DNA of 63,450 bases, filler included, from Octopus bimaculoides (Eukaryota), in the NCBI RefSeq assembly GCF_001194135.2. It is 7 parts of 7 records of this genome, joined end to end, with 100 filler letters (N's around TTAATTAATTAA, not from the genome) between each part and the next. Parts side by side here need not be neighbours in the genome. Positions count along the whole stretch, not along the records: positions 31,995 to 38,551 come from NC_068986.1; positions 38,652 to 47,454 come from NC_068989.1; positions 47,555 to 63,450 come from NC_068994.1; 4 more parts are not named here. One strand, written 5' to 3'. Positions 38,430-51,045 of the stretch are shown here, piece after piece. Numbering within the stretch: position 1 is the stretch's first letter; each line of letters begins with the position of its first letter. The position numbers and the translations under genes are program-made. The notes under the pieces were generated by a model. That model was not told the DNA's origin, ran no database searches, and saw only the letters and a program-made list of their open reading frames with translations.

Positions 38430-38551
38430 CCACCACCACCACTACAGCCACCACCACCACTACAGCCACTACCACCACCACTACAGCCACCACCACCACT
38501 ACAGCCACTACCACCACCACTACAGCCACCACCACCACTACAGCCACTACC
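38430..38551. repeat. Minisatellite alternating 18- and 21-nt units (ccaccaccaccactacag / ccactaccaccaccactacag)
   Basis: Direct reading; runs into a gap. Confidence 0.85.
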
Positions 38552-38651
38552 NNNNNNNNNNNNNNNNNNNNNNNNNNNNNNNNNNNNNNNNNNNNTTAAT
38601 TAATTAANNNNNNNNNNNNNNNNNNNNNNNNNNNNNNNNNNNNNNNNNNNN

Positions 38652-38708
<57 letters not shown>

Positions 38709-40560
38709 ATATACATACACAAGAGATATAAATATTATTAAAAATATTATTACTATCCAGCAAAAATAAAATAAAGCACCATAAAAGATAGAATTATAAA
38801 TATAAAGCGAATGTACACGAAATACGATCATTGCTAGAAATAGCAGCCGATAAGCTATCGCCACTGTGTAGAGATTCACTGAATGTTTACAGGCAGAGAT
38901 ATTTGCGGGCGGTGAATATAGGAAAATTCTTTCTTGCCTCTACGGATACTGTTAGAGAAATGAAGGATAATTCAATACTGCAGTTTCAGACTTTTCGGAT
39001 CACGTTCGTAGGCACGAATTCGATTGGTCATCTTCAGTTGAATTCACCGTTCACGTTGAAATTTTAAAATATTCACAACAAATCTGCCTGTTGTGTGTAT
39101 GTATATATGCATATATATATATATANNNNNNNNNNNNNNNNNNNNNNNNNNNNNNNNNNNNNNNNNNNNNNNNNNNNNNNNNNNNNNNNNNNNNNNNNNN
39201 NNNNNNNNNNNNNNNNNNNNNNNNNNNNNNNNNNNNNNNNNNNNNNNNNNNNNNNNNNNNNNNNNNNNNNNNNNNNNNNNNNNNNNNNNNNNNNNNNNNN
39301 NNNNNNNNNNNNNNNNNNNNNNNNNNNNNNNNNNNNNNNNNNNNNNNNNNNNNNNNNNNNNNNNNNNNNNNNNNNNNNNNNNNNNNNNNNNNNNNNNNNN
39401 NNNNNNNNNNNNNNNNNNNNNNNNNNNNNNNNNNNNNNNNNNNNNNNNNNNNNNNNNNNNNNNNNNNNNNNNNNNNNNNNNNNNNNNNNNNNNNNNNNNN
39501 NNNNNNNNNNNNNNNNNNNNNNNNNNNNNNNNNNNNNNNNNNNNNNNNNNNNNNNNNNNNNNNNNNNNNNNNNNNNNNNNNNNNNNNNNNNNNNNNNNNN
39601 NNNNNNNNNNNNNNNNNNNNNNNNNNNNNNNNNNNNNNNNNNNNNNNNNNNNNNNNNNNNNNNNNNNNNNNNNNNNNNNNNNNNNNNNNNNNNNNNNNNN
39701 NNNNNNNNNNNNNNNNNNNNNNNNNNNNNNNNNNNNNNNNNNNNNNNNNNNNNNNNNNNNNNNNNNNNNNNNNNNNNNNNNNNNNNNNNNNNNNNNNNNN
39801 NNNNNNNNNNNNNNNNNNNNNNNNNNNNNNNNNNNNNNNNNNNNNNNNNNNNNNNNNNNNNNNNNNNNNNNNNNNNNNNNATATATATATATATATATAT
39901 ATATAAACTTGTTTTTAAAAGTTGTAAATACCATTTCTTTTATCAAATATATTTTCATGAAATCCTATTTGTTTTTGTTTTAATCACTTTCTGTCACAAA
40001 ACCCCAGTTTTCTTTTTGCTTTTGTGCAACCTTCTTTATTCTTAGACCTCGCATTCGGAAACGGTGTGTTAGAGGGGTTAATGAAGTAATCTGTATATGA
40101 TTGTTTTCCAAGTGTCAAATCTTTCTTAAAGGGTTATCATTTTCGGAAAAGAAAAACTAGATTGAATAATGTAATAATAGATTTTCCCAAAATTAAGCGA
40201 TGGGCCAGGACGGAATGTCCCGGATCATAGGTTTGTCTGACCATAGTTGACCAGGGACTAAACAATAATAACAGAGTAAAGAGAAGTGAAGTAACTTCTG
40301 CTACAAGATCGATATGTACTGTCAGTGTTCGATCGATAGGAAACTACAAATTACTCTGCCGGTTTTACTATCACAGGTAGAGAAGATATATTGATTTCCG
40401 AGAAGACGTAGGACCATATTCGTTCGATCCGATAGAAACAGCTGGCAGACACCCTTCAAATGTTGCCGTACTGTCTTATAAAGAAAAAAACAACAACAAG
40501 ACAGGACACGTTAGATATGTTAGTTTTCCTATCTATCTATCTATCTATCTATCTTTATAC

Positions 40561-40624
<64 letters not shown>

Positions 40625-40662
40625 GATTGAAAGAAAGAGAGGAATGAAGAAGATAGAAAGAC

Positions 40663-40697
<35 letters not shown>

Positions 40698-41166
40698 GAT
40701 TATGCTCTGCTTAAAAAGAAAAGTTATCAAAGTTGGAAGACTCAGTTGGGACAGACCTGATACTAAATCAACAATAACAACAGCTAAAACAAAAACTCAA
40801 TATGAACCAACGTGCAATATATAATACGTGGACGTTCAACCTGTTAGATAGAGCAGCCAGATCGTCCTTAAATTTGCTGCCTAAAAAAAAAAAAACCTTA
40901 CAAAATGGTAAGTAAACATAGTGTAATGTACTTTTACATTGAATCTATAACAAGATGCTGCAGGTGGGATGCTGATCTTCGATCGGTGGTGGTAGCAGTA
41001 GTGGCAGTGGGAAGGTGCTAAGCAGAAGCAAGAGCAGCGGCAGCGGTATCAAAGGGCAACAACAACTATAACAGCAGTAACAAAAATAACAACAAACTCA
41101 ATTTAAAATGAGGGTAATGAAAAAAAAAAAAGAAAAAGAAAGAAAATTAAGCCCCACCAACAGAAA

Positions 41167-41210
<44 letters not shown>

Positions 41211-41299
41211 CTTTCATTTTTTTCAATTTCATTTTATCTAGTTTCAGCTCATGAGCTGTGGCCATGCTAGGGCACCGCCATAATAATAATAATAATAAT

Positions 41300-41512
41300 C
41301 CTTTCTAATATAGGCACGAGGCCTGAAATTTTGGGTTAGGGGACTAGTCGATTATACCGACCAAAGTGTTTTACTGGTACTTAATTTATCGACCCCGAAA
41401 GGATGAAAGGAAAAGTCGATTTCGGCGGAATTTGAACTCAGAACGTAGTGACAGGTGAAATACCGTTAAGCATTTCGTCCGGCGCGCTAACGATTCTGCC
41501 AGCTCGCTGCCC

Positions 41513-41574
<62 letters not shown>

Positions 41575-41915
41575 TCTACTATAGGCACATGGCCTGAAAT
41601 TTTGGGGGAGGGAACAAGTCGATTACATTGACCCAAGTGTTTTACTGGTACTTAATTTAGCGACCCCGAAAGGATGAAAGGCAAAGTCGATCTCGGCGGA
41701 ATTTGAACTCAGAATGTAAAGAACTAGAAGAAATACAGCTAATTATCTTGTCCGACGTGCCAACGATTCTGCCAGCTCGTGGTCGTTATAATGGCTTCAG
41801 ATTTTGGCACAATGCCAGCAACTTTGAGTGGAAAGGGCAAGTCGATTGCACCGACCCTAATGAGATGAAAGGTAAAGTCGGCTTCGGCGGAATTTGAACT
41901 CAGGACATAAAGAGC
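41300..41915 (-). mobile_element. Three tandem SINE-D copies separated by (TAA)n
   Basis: Copies at 41300-41512, 41570-41780 and 41790-41915, each with atcgaccccgaaaggatgaaagg and ggcggaatttgaactcag. Confidence 0.85.
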
Positions 41916-41983
41916 CTTAAGAAATGTCACTACTGCCAAGCAGTTTGTCTGCGGCGCTACTGATGCAACTAAATATAATTATA

Positions 41984-42201
41984 GGGCGCAGGAGTGGCTG
42001 TGTAGTAAGTAGCTTGATTACCAACCACATAGTTCAGGGTTCAGTCCCACTGAGTGTTACCTTGGGCAAGTGTCTTCTACTATAGCCTCGGGCCGACCAA
42101 AACCTTGTGAGTGGATTTGGTAGATGGAAACTGAAAGAAGCCCGTCGTATATATAGATATATGTATATATCTATATCTATATCTATCTATCTATATCTAT
42201 C

Positions 42202-42235
<34 letters not shown>

Positions 42236-42465
42236 AGTTTGTGTGTCTGTGTTTGTCCCCCCTCCCCCCAACATCGCTTGACAACCGATGCTGGTGTGTT
42301 TACGTCGCCGTAACTTAGCGGTTAGGCAAAAGAGACCAATAGAATAAGTACTAGTCTTACAAAGAATAAGTCCTGGGGTCGATTTGATTCGACTAAAGGC
42401 GGTGCTCCAGCATGGCCGCAGTCAAATGACTGAAACAAGTAAAAGAATAAAAGAAAGTAAAAGAA
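41984..42465 (+). mobile_element. SINE family A, full length (tRNA-like head, internal microsatellite, 3' module ending AAAAGA repeats)
   Basis: ggcgcaggagtggctgtgtagtaag..ggttcagtccc (A/B boxes)..ttgggcaagtgtcttctactatagcc..(TA)n/(TG)n..gaataagtactag..ctccagcatggccgcagtcaaatgactgaaacaagtaaaag. Confidence 0.9.
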
Positions 42466-42501
42466 TACATATATATATAAAAAAAAACAAAGGTTACTTA
42501 C

Positions 42502-42588
42502 TGTGCTTATCGCGAACTTTAAGTCACCAAGACACGTAATTGCGACTAATATAGTAATTAGTCTTTGTGTAGAAATTCTAAATTCCAT
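42502..42588 (-). CDS. Probable first coding exon (signal peptide) of the VWC gene
   Basis: ATG at 42588 gives MEFRISTQRLITILVAITCLGDLKFAIST (basic n-region, hydrophobic core, small residues), ending at the donor ACA|GTAAGT. Same strand as the VWC exon and 8 kb upstream of it. It ends in phase 0 while the VWC exon starts in phase 1, so an intervening exon (possibly in an N gap) is required. Confidence 0.55.
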
Positions 42589-43189
42589 ATTGTTTTTATT
42601 TATATAGATATTGTTTAAATTAATATCCGTGTGATTTGTTATATTCCTCTGCTGTTATGTAATAATACAGATTTCTTTTTCAAGTAATAGTCACTTTTGC
42701 TTCTGTCATTGATTGGTTTTTAAATAATCTTTGTTAGCAACTTAAAGCCATCATTTCTAAATCATTTATATATATACAAACACGCACAATATATATGTGC
42801 ACGCATACATATATATACACATATATCTTGAGGTGTATTTCTTAAGTTTCACGGCGGAGTTATAGTAGTTTCTTTCTTGTTTTGTTTCGTTTTTGCTTTT
42901 CTTCTTTGGTTTAAAAAATGAAAAAATATCCTTAAAATGGCAACGAAGTAAGATCCAGGTTAAATTTGAGATCCCCAAAAACGAAAAAAAAAAAAAATCC
43001 AAACAATTATAAAAATAAATGAAAAAAAATATTATGAATGAATAGAAAATATTAACTACAAGATAATAATATCCACTGTTAAATTTCTTTCCCTTTTAGC
43101 TGAAATTCGGGCAAAATCTGTAGTTGTACCACCACCCAATTAAAAATAAAATAACCAACAACAAAACCCCGCTCTGTTGTTGATATAGT

Positions 43190-43330
43190 TATTATTATAA
43201 AAAGCGAGGTGTATTTTTTGTTAACTATATAGATATATATTCATGAACCTAAATGTGGTTTAGTAGCGTCAATAGTAACTTTCGTTGTGTATGGAGGCGT
43301 GGCCTACTGTTTGCTCTCATTGGTAATATT
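43190..43330 (-). promoter_or_regulatory. Possible proximal promoter of the VWC gene
   Basis: In minus-strand order: CCAAT (43323-43319), GC/KLF-type box GCCACGCCTCC (43303-43293), then TATA-like AT runs around 43240-43225. Lies 600-700 nt upstream of the signal-peptide ATG in a SINE-free stretch. Motif inference only. Confidence 0.25.
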
Positions 43331-43767
43331 CGATATGCTTGCATGCACACATCCACACAAGCGTTCTCACGCGATCACACGACACACACGCATAGGAACA
43401 CGCACACACACGCAAAGCATACATTAGAAAGGATTTCAGAATTTTCTCGCTCATATGCGTCATTGACCTGCGTGCATAATCGTATACAAAAAACAGATTC
43501 ACAACTTCACACGTTCATACACGCTCGCAGACGCAAATTACGGACACAGAAATAAATTTGAAAAAGTAAAGCATAAAGAGAAGGAAAAAAAGAAAACGAA
43601 AGCATAGAAACTTTTGGGTAAGAGAAAAATTGTTAGAAATAGCAGTCAAATCTTCCTGGTCGTAACCATTCATAGAAAGAAAAAGAAAAGAAAGAAAAAA
43701 GTAGAAAGAGGAGTGCTCTATATATTACGCAAGAAAAAGAAGAGGAGAGAGAGAAGAGAAAGGAACT

Positions 43768-43988
43768 CATTTACTCTTTTACTTGTTTCAGTCATTTGAC
43801 TGCGGCCATGCTGGAGCACCGCCTTTAGTTGTGCAAATCGACCCCAGGACTTATTCTTTGTAAGCCTAGTACTTATTCTATCGGTCTCTTTAGCCGAACC
43901 GCTAAGTTACGGGGACGTAAACACACCAGCATCGGTTGTCAAGCGATGTTGTGGGGACAAACACAGACACAAACATATACACACACAT

Positions 43989-44067
<79 letters not shown>

Positions 44068-44220
44068 TACGACGGACTTCTTTCAGTTTCCGTCTACCAA
44101 ATCCACTCACAAGGCTTTGGTCGGCCCGAGGCTATAGTAGAAGACACTTGCCCAAGGTGTCACGCAGTGGGAATGAACCCGGGAGCATGTGGTTGGTAAG
44201 CAAGCTACTTACCACACAAC
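43768..44220 (-). mobile_element. SINE-A, full length
   Basis: Reverse complement of 41984-42465, with an expanded (TA)n centre. Confidence 0.9.
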
Positions 44221-44292
44221 ACTGTTCAGCCAGGGTTTTACGCACACTGAAGATTCCACAGACATCAATGCATGTTATTACACAGAACTCAA

Positions 44293-44358
<66 letters not shown>

Positions 44359-44477
44359 ATATCTATCTATCTGCCTTAGTGCCTTTCTGTCTGTCTATCT
44401 GTATATCTGTATGTATTTATGTATGTGTGTGTGTGTGTGCAACATGCGTAACTGTGTGTGTATGGGTATATATGTAA

Positions 44478-44514
<37 letters not shown>

Positions 44515-45270
44515 CCTTTATTCTTTACTTTTACTTGTTTCAGTCCTGCGATTGCGGCCATGCCGGAGTACCACCTTAAAGCGGTTTTTAGTCGAAGAAA
44601 TCGATCCCAGGACTAATTCTTTGTAAGCCTAGTACTTATTCTATCGTTCGTTTTAAACGAACTGCTTTGTTACGTGGAGATAAACACGCCAAAACCGGTT
44701 GTCAAGTGATAGGTGGGGTGGGAGCAACATAGACACAAAGAGGCACACCGATACAGTATATATATATATATATATACATATATATACATATATATAATAT
44801 GAATATATCTACGTGTGTGTGTGTGTTTTGTGTCTGTGTTTGTCTCTCACCACCACCACTTGGCAACCGGTGTCGCTATGTTTGCATCCTCGTAACTTAG
44901 CAGTTCGATGAAAGTACTTGATAGAGTATGTGCAAGGTTTCAAAAAAGTAAATACTAGGGGTCGATTCGTTCGTCTAAAATTCTGCAAGACCGTGCCCCA
45001 ACATGGCCCGCAGTCTAATGACTGAAACAAGTAAAGGAATAAAATAATATAAATATANNNNNNNNNNTTTATTCCTTTACTTGTTTCAGTCATTTGACTG
45101 CGGCCATACTGGAGCACTACCTTTAGTCGAACAAAGTGAACCTAGGACTTATTCTTTGTAAGCCTAGTACTTATTCTATTGGGCTCTTTTGCCGAACCGC
45201 TAGTTTACAGGGACGTAAATACACCAGCACCGGTTGTCGAGCGATGGTGGGGTTGACAAACACAGACACA
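44515..45270. mobile_element. Three SINE-A 3' modules in alternating orientation (-, +, -)
   Basis: Copies at 44515-44745, 44826-45045 and 45068-45270, separated by (TA)n/(TG)n or a short gap. Confidence 0.8.
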
Positions 45271-45285
45271 CAAACATATATATAA

Positions 45286-45316
<31 letters not shown>

Positions 45317-45359
45317 GTGAGAGAGAGAGAAAGAGAGAGAGAGGGGTGCTGGTGAATAT

Positions 45360-45610
45360 ATTGTCGTCTAAATTACGCAAAAAATGAAAATAACACTGAC
45401 ATCTCATTTTAACAGACATATTAACCAAAATTACATAAAAATATCTTGAAATGGTAAAGAGTACATTTATTCAATAAATTCGCAATTGGCTTCAATCACG
45501 GCCTCCAGACAACTTCGGAACCTCCTGCTACTCTTCTGGTCGGTCTCCTTGTTTAAGTTAGGGGATGCTGGCATAATCTTTGCCCTTGGTTTATCTTTGG
45601 TGTTAGAATA
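45360..45610 (-). mobile_element. Tc1/mariner-superfamily transposon 3' remnant
   Basis: Reads KIMPASPNLNKETDQKSSRRFRSCLEAVIEANCEFIE*, a typical transposase C-terminus, followed by an AT-rich 3' region ending tttttgcgtaatttagacgacaa. Confidence 0.7.
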
Positions 45611-45946
45611 ATCCAATACTCTATTGGTTATTGAAATACTACAGTACTCAATTGAAGTATTTCAATTGATCAAAATGTAAACTCTATAATGCCCATTTTG
45701 CCTTGAAGATCTTACTCAAAATGCAAACTTATATTATTATATATGTTTTGTAATTTAAATTGGATGCGAAGTGAAACAATTGTAAGCAATGTTGAATAAT
45801 TGATAAATTAATTTATATCCATTTAATCTCTCCATTTTCATAATTACTAACAATATTTGATGTTTAATGATATATTTATTGAAGAAATATTTCTTCAACA
45901 TATAATATATTCAACGAGGGTATCTTGGTTAGGACAACGAGGGTAT

Positions 45947-46320
45947 CTTGGTTAGGACAGCGGACTTGCGGTCATAGGATCGCGGTTTCGATTCCCCGAC
46001 CGGGCGTTGTGAGTGTTTATTGAGCGAAAACACCTAAAGCTCCACGAGTCTCTGGCAGGGGATGGTGGCGAACCCTGCTGTAGTCTTTCACTACAACTTA
46101 CTCTCACTCTTACTTCCTGTTTCTGTTGTGCCTGTAATTCAAAGGGTCAGCCTTGTCACACTGTGTCACGCTGAATATCTCCGAGAACTACGTTAAGGGT
46201 ACACGTGTCTGTGGAGTGCTCAGCCACTTGCACATTAATTTCACGAGCAGGCCGTTCCGTTGATCGGATCAACTGGAACCCTCGACGTCGTAAGCGACGG
46301 ACTGCCAACAACAACAACAA
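45947..46320 (+). mobile_element. SINE family B (tRNA-like head, 3' module ending (CAA)n)
   Basis: ggttaggacagcggacttgcgg..ggtttcgattccc..tttattgagcgaaaacacc..cacgtgtctgtggagtgctcagcc..cgacggactgccaacaacaac. A 23-bp tandem duplication sits at the 5' junction (45912-45957). Confidence 0.9.
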
Positions 46321-46404
46321 TTACGCCAATACAGAAACGAAGTATATATATGTAAAAGTTTAGTGAAAGAAACCTAACCGTTTCTTGGAATATATACCAA
46401 TACA

Positions 46405-46760
46405 TAAATCTAAAACAATATTTTTTCAGGGACATTTAAAATACAATTTTGGATACCCAATTTACCATCTTGTTGCGTGGACTCCGACCCCAATCTTATA
46501 TGGACCCTCGAGTGCCATATGGACCCTCAAGTGCCATATGGACCCTCAAGTGCCATATAGACTCCATTTGAAAACTACTGGATTAGAGAAGGAAACCTTG
46601 CTGTTTCTTGGAATAAATACCAGTACATACATTTAAAACAAAATTTTTCACGGGCCTTTAAAATACTATTCTGGATCCCCACTTTGCTATTTTGTTGCGT
46701 CAACCTCAAAACTCTTATGTGGAGTATCAGGGACTATATGAACTGGTTTAGACGCTGGAA
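46405..46760 (-). mobile_element. Two tandem remnants of a hAT-like MITE end, one with a 19-bp triplication
   Basis: Terminus tttgaaaactactg (46580); atatggaccctcaagtgcc x3 at 46499-46558; a diverged second copy of the same module at 46630-46758. Confidence 0.45.
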
Positions 46761-47002
46761 GTTTCAAAAGCATTTGTCCGAACTTACCCTCTTTCATTTT
46801 CCATTTTCGAAGAGATATTCACATCCGTGGGACAAGTGTTCTTTTTATGCCTGTCATTATGTGGTTTTATTTCAAGATTTCTTGCCAATAGCGAAAGAGC
46901 CGGTTTCTAAGTAAAGATACAAGGTTCCTTCATTGGAATTTCAACATCAACAATAGGGTATTTTTGCTTGTTCCTTTGTATGTATGTATGTATGTATGTA
47001 AG

Positions 47003-47042
<40 letters not shown>

Positions 47043-47227
47043 TGTAAGTATGTATGTATGCATGCACGTATGTATATGTGCCTGATTTGTATGGTTTTTA
47101 TGTATGATTTCCCATGCATATAGTTACATATCTAGACATTCTTATATATATTTAAATATGTATGTTCATATATGCATGCTTGCAATTAAGTACATAGCTA
47201 CCTAATCAATATGTACGCATATGTATT

Positions 47228-47269
<42 letters not shown>

Positions 47270-47554
47270 ACACACACTCACACGCACACATTGATGAATA
47301 CACAGACATGTACATGTACAAAATGACCTATATTAATGCTATGCATGCATATAGCTTGTGCATGAATATACGTTTGTATATACACATGCATACATACATT
47401 TACAGGTACATACATACACCCCACACACATGTATATATATATATATATATATATNNNNNNNNNNNNNNNNNNNNNNNNNNNNNNNNNNNNNNNNNNNNTT
47501 AATTAATTAANNNNNNNNNNNNNNNNNNNNNNNNNNNNNNNNNNNNNNNNNNNN

Positions 47555-47582
47555 AATAATAACAATAATGATAATAATAATT

Positions 47583-47613
<31 letters not shown>

Positions 47614-47660
47614 TAGTAATAATAATGATAATAATAATAATAATAATAATGATAATAATA

Positions 47661-47706
<46 letters not shown>

Positions 47707-47741
47707 TAGTAATAATAATGATAATAAAAATAATAATAATG

Positions 47742-47796
<55 letters not shown>

Positions 47797-47848
47797 TAGT
47801 AATAATAATAATAATGATGATAATAATAATAATAATATTAATAATAAC

Positions 47849-47890
<42 letters not shown>

Positions 47891-47905
47891 CATGATGTTG
47901 ATGAT
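47555..47905. repeat. (TAA)n/(TGA)n trinucleotide tract
   Basis: Direct reading. Similar tracts lie at 3929-4075, 14685-14940, 26905-27250, 35570-36170, 59662-59765 and 60415-60648. Confidence 0.95.
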
Positions 47906-49354
47906 AATTTGTTTTATTCGCCACAAGGGTCCAACGTATTGAAGATTCCATCAAAAGACGAAATATAACATACGAAATGGTGACCTTTGCATCGGCCAAA
48001 AGAAGAAAGAACAACAATACGGTTATAGCGAAAGATATAAAATTGATTTCTGGAAAATAAGTAAATAGATTCCCCAGTATCGGGGCAATCCTCCAAGGAT
48101 AATTCGGGGAAAATCCTACGCGAAATGTCCCGGATTATTTTGCAGTCTCCAAGGCAATAGGAAAGCCGTCTTCCAGTATATTTACTCCAACATAGAAAAG
48201 CATCCATAGAGAAGGCTCACCCAGCCTCACCAGTCTTGCCACTCTGATTTATTTTTCGATCAACACGCTGAAAGGCGGTACTTCCCTCTCTAAACATAAT
48301 TTTGTACAAAACAAATACATGAGTATTGACTTTCAGATTAGTATCGGGGTTCGATGGATCACCATTACAGAAAAGTACTTATGTATTCCCCCCCCCCTCC
48401 TAAACAATGAAAAACGGAGTTTAATACTCTTTTTCTTTTCATTTTTTAGTTGTTTTCAGTCATTTGACTGTGGCCATACTGGTGCCTCCACTTTAAGGGG
48501 GTTTAACCGAACAAATCGACCGTAGGACTTATTCTCTCTGTCTCTTTTGCCGAACCACTAAGTTACGGCGACGAAAACACACCAACATAGGTTGCCAAAT
48601 GATGGTGGGAGAGGGGACAAACAAAGTCACAAATACACAAATATATATATACATATATAAACATCCATATATATAGACATGTATACATGCATACATACAT
48701 ATATATATATATATATATNNNNNNNNNNNNNNNNNNNNNNNNNNNNNNNNNNNNNNNNNNNNNNNNNNNNNNNNNNNNNNNNNNNNNNNNNNNNNNNNNN
48801 NNNNNNNNNNNNNNNNNNNNNNNNNNNNNNNNNNNNNNNNNNNNNNNNNNNNNNNNNNNNNNNNNNNNNNNNNNNNNNNNNNNNNNNNNNNNNNNNNNNN
48901 NNNNNNNNNNNNNNNNNNNNNNNNNNNNNNNNNNNNNNNNNNNNNNNNNNNNNNNNNNNNNNNNNNNNNNNNNNNNNNNNNNNNNNNNNNNNNNNNNNNN
49001 NNNNNNNNNNNNNNNNNNNNNNNNNNNNNNNNNNNNNNNNNNNNNNNNNNNNNNNNNNNNNNNNNNNNNNNNNNNNNNNNNNNNNNNNNNNNNNNNNNNN
49101 NNNNNNNNNNNNNNNNNNNNNNNNNNNNNNNNNNNNNNNNNNNNNNNNNNNNNNNNNNNNNNNNNNNNNNNNNNNNNNNNNNNNNNNNNNNNNNNNNNNN
49201 NNNNATTTCAAAACAGTAATTATAACTTTATGTTCCAAAACTTGTTTTGTTTTGGTCAGGAGTTTCACCGGACATGCGCAGAAGGGTGCCTCTAAGTCGG
49301 TGCTAGACTTGCTAGAAAGAATAGCCAAACTCTCTCAATTCCAACATTAATATA

Positions 49355-49392
<38 letters not shown>

Positions 49393-50589
49393 CATGTATA
49401 AGTATGTGTGTGTGTGAGTGTGTGTGTATACTGGTTTGTGTGTCTACGCTCGAGCATCTCTGTATTTGTCCCAACACAGTCGCTCGACAAATGGTATTCG
49501 TTTGTTTAGAGGTTCGGCTAAAGAGACAGATTGAACAAGTACAGGACTTAAAAGCACGTACTTGGATAGATTTGTTTGATTAAAACCCTTTAAAGTGATG
49601 TTCCGTCATTGTCACCAGTCAGTAAATGATGCAAGTAAAAGAATGAAGGAAAGCGAGCAACATATGAAAAGAGACCCGCTTTCCTACTTCACACGCAAAA
49701 ACACACAGCACCGTGGACCTATGGGGGTTCAAAACTTCAAAACCCCCAAAATAATGGTGTCTGTCTTTGATTTCAATTTCACGTTTAACACAAGAATTTC
49801 TTTGCAATCTGAACTTCTGATCGCTCATTCTTCATCATTTGGATCAGGAATCACTTCACAGATTATTCTATCACCATGTTTATTCGTGTGTGTGTGTGTG
49901 TGTGTGAAGATGCACTCGATGCAGGTGTTCAGATTTCGATAATGGCTCCTCTCCACTCATTTTATTTCTCTATATTAATTACCTATTCTGAATTACCTCC
50001 AGCCATGCTCTTGCACAAATCCTATTATTCAAACTATTGTGCTATATATTGATCGATATCGTTTTACTCAGAAAAGTCATCGACCTGCAACGAGGGTTCC
50101 TCAGGCGAAGCAGGAACGAATTCAATGAACAGTATGTAAACATCCTCTTTTAGAAACTTTACCACATTTACACGCATTACTCATCTGGTATATTGAACCA
50201 ATGAAGAAGCCTTTAGAAAAATGAATGATCTGTTAGAAATAGCAGCTAGATATCTCTGAAATCATACCCTACTATAGACACGGTTAACGTAGTTAATGTT
50301 TACCGAGAGGCGGGTAAGCACTACTAAAATACTCCAAGGCAATTTTCGGTTAGGCATGCCGTTCAGTTTGCCCCTGGCTGTTTTCTGTATTAAAGGCAGA
50401 TAAAATAATGACTGTATAGTCATGACTGGAAAGCCTTTTGAAATAATATATTTATTTGAATAAAGTTTATGAAACTGATGAACAGCTGTATATTTAAAGA
50501 AAGCAGCAAAGTTACATTGCTACACAATATCTGCTAATAGTCAAGACACATCTATGAACCAAATCTCTTGACAATGATGGTTTGAAAAT

Positions 50590-51045
50590 TTTGGCACAAG
50601 GCTAGCAAGTTCTAAGGAGTGCGTAAGTCGATGACATCGATCCCAGCGTTCAAATGCTACTCAATGTATCGACCCCGAAAGGACGAAATGTAAAGTCGAC
50701 CTCAGCGTAAAGACAGACGAAATGCCGCTAGGAATTTTGCCTGGTGTGATGACGATTTTGCCAGCTCGCTACCTTATGTCTCTTTAGAATATTGATAAAA
50801 AAAGACAGCGTTGAGGTTGTGTGCTGCCAGAAGCGTTAGCACGTCAGACAAAATGCTTAACGACATTTCGTCCGTCTTTACGTTCTAAGTTCAACGTCTG
50901 AGGTCGACTTTGCAATTCCTCCTCTCGGTGTTGATAAAAATAGAGCATTAGTTTAACACTGGGGTCGATTTAATCGCCTTAACTTCTCCTACCCCACCCT
51001 AAAAAACATAGAATTGCTGCCCTCGTGCTAAAATTTGAAATCAAT
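50590..51045. mobile_element. Divergent pair of SINE-D copies (minus 50590-50775, plus 50823-51045)
   Basis: Core gtcgacctc/gaggtcgactttgc in opposite orientations. Confidence 0.75.

Noticed and set aside
38891-38948. Candidate bridging exon between the signal-peptide and VWC exons
   Set aside because: It has a good acceptor and the right length for phase 0 to 1, but an in-frame TAG at codon 3 and a weak T|GTAAAC donor. Rescue needs a downstream AG (exon start 38939), and nearby sequence looks repeat-derived.
38975-39040. CUGAAGAU..CCGAAAAGUC hammerhead-like motif on the minus strand
   Set aside because: Stems I and II cannot be paired convincingly; at best a decayed PLE end.
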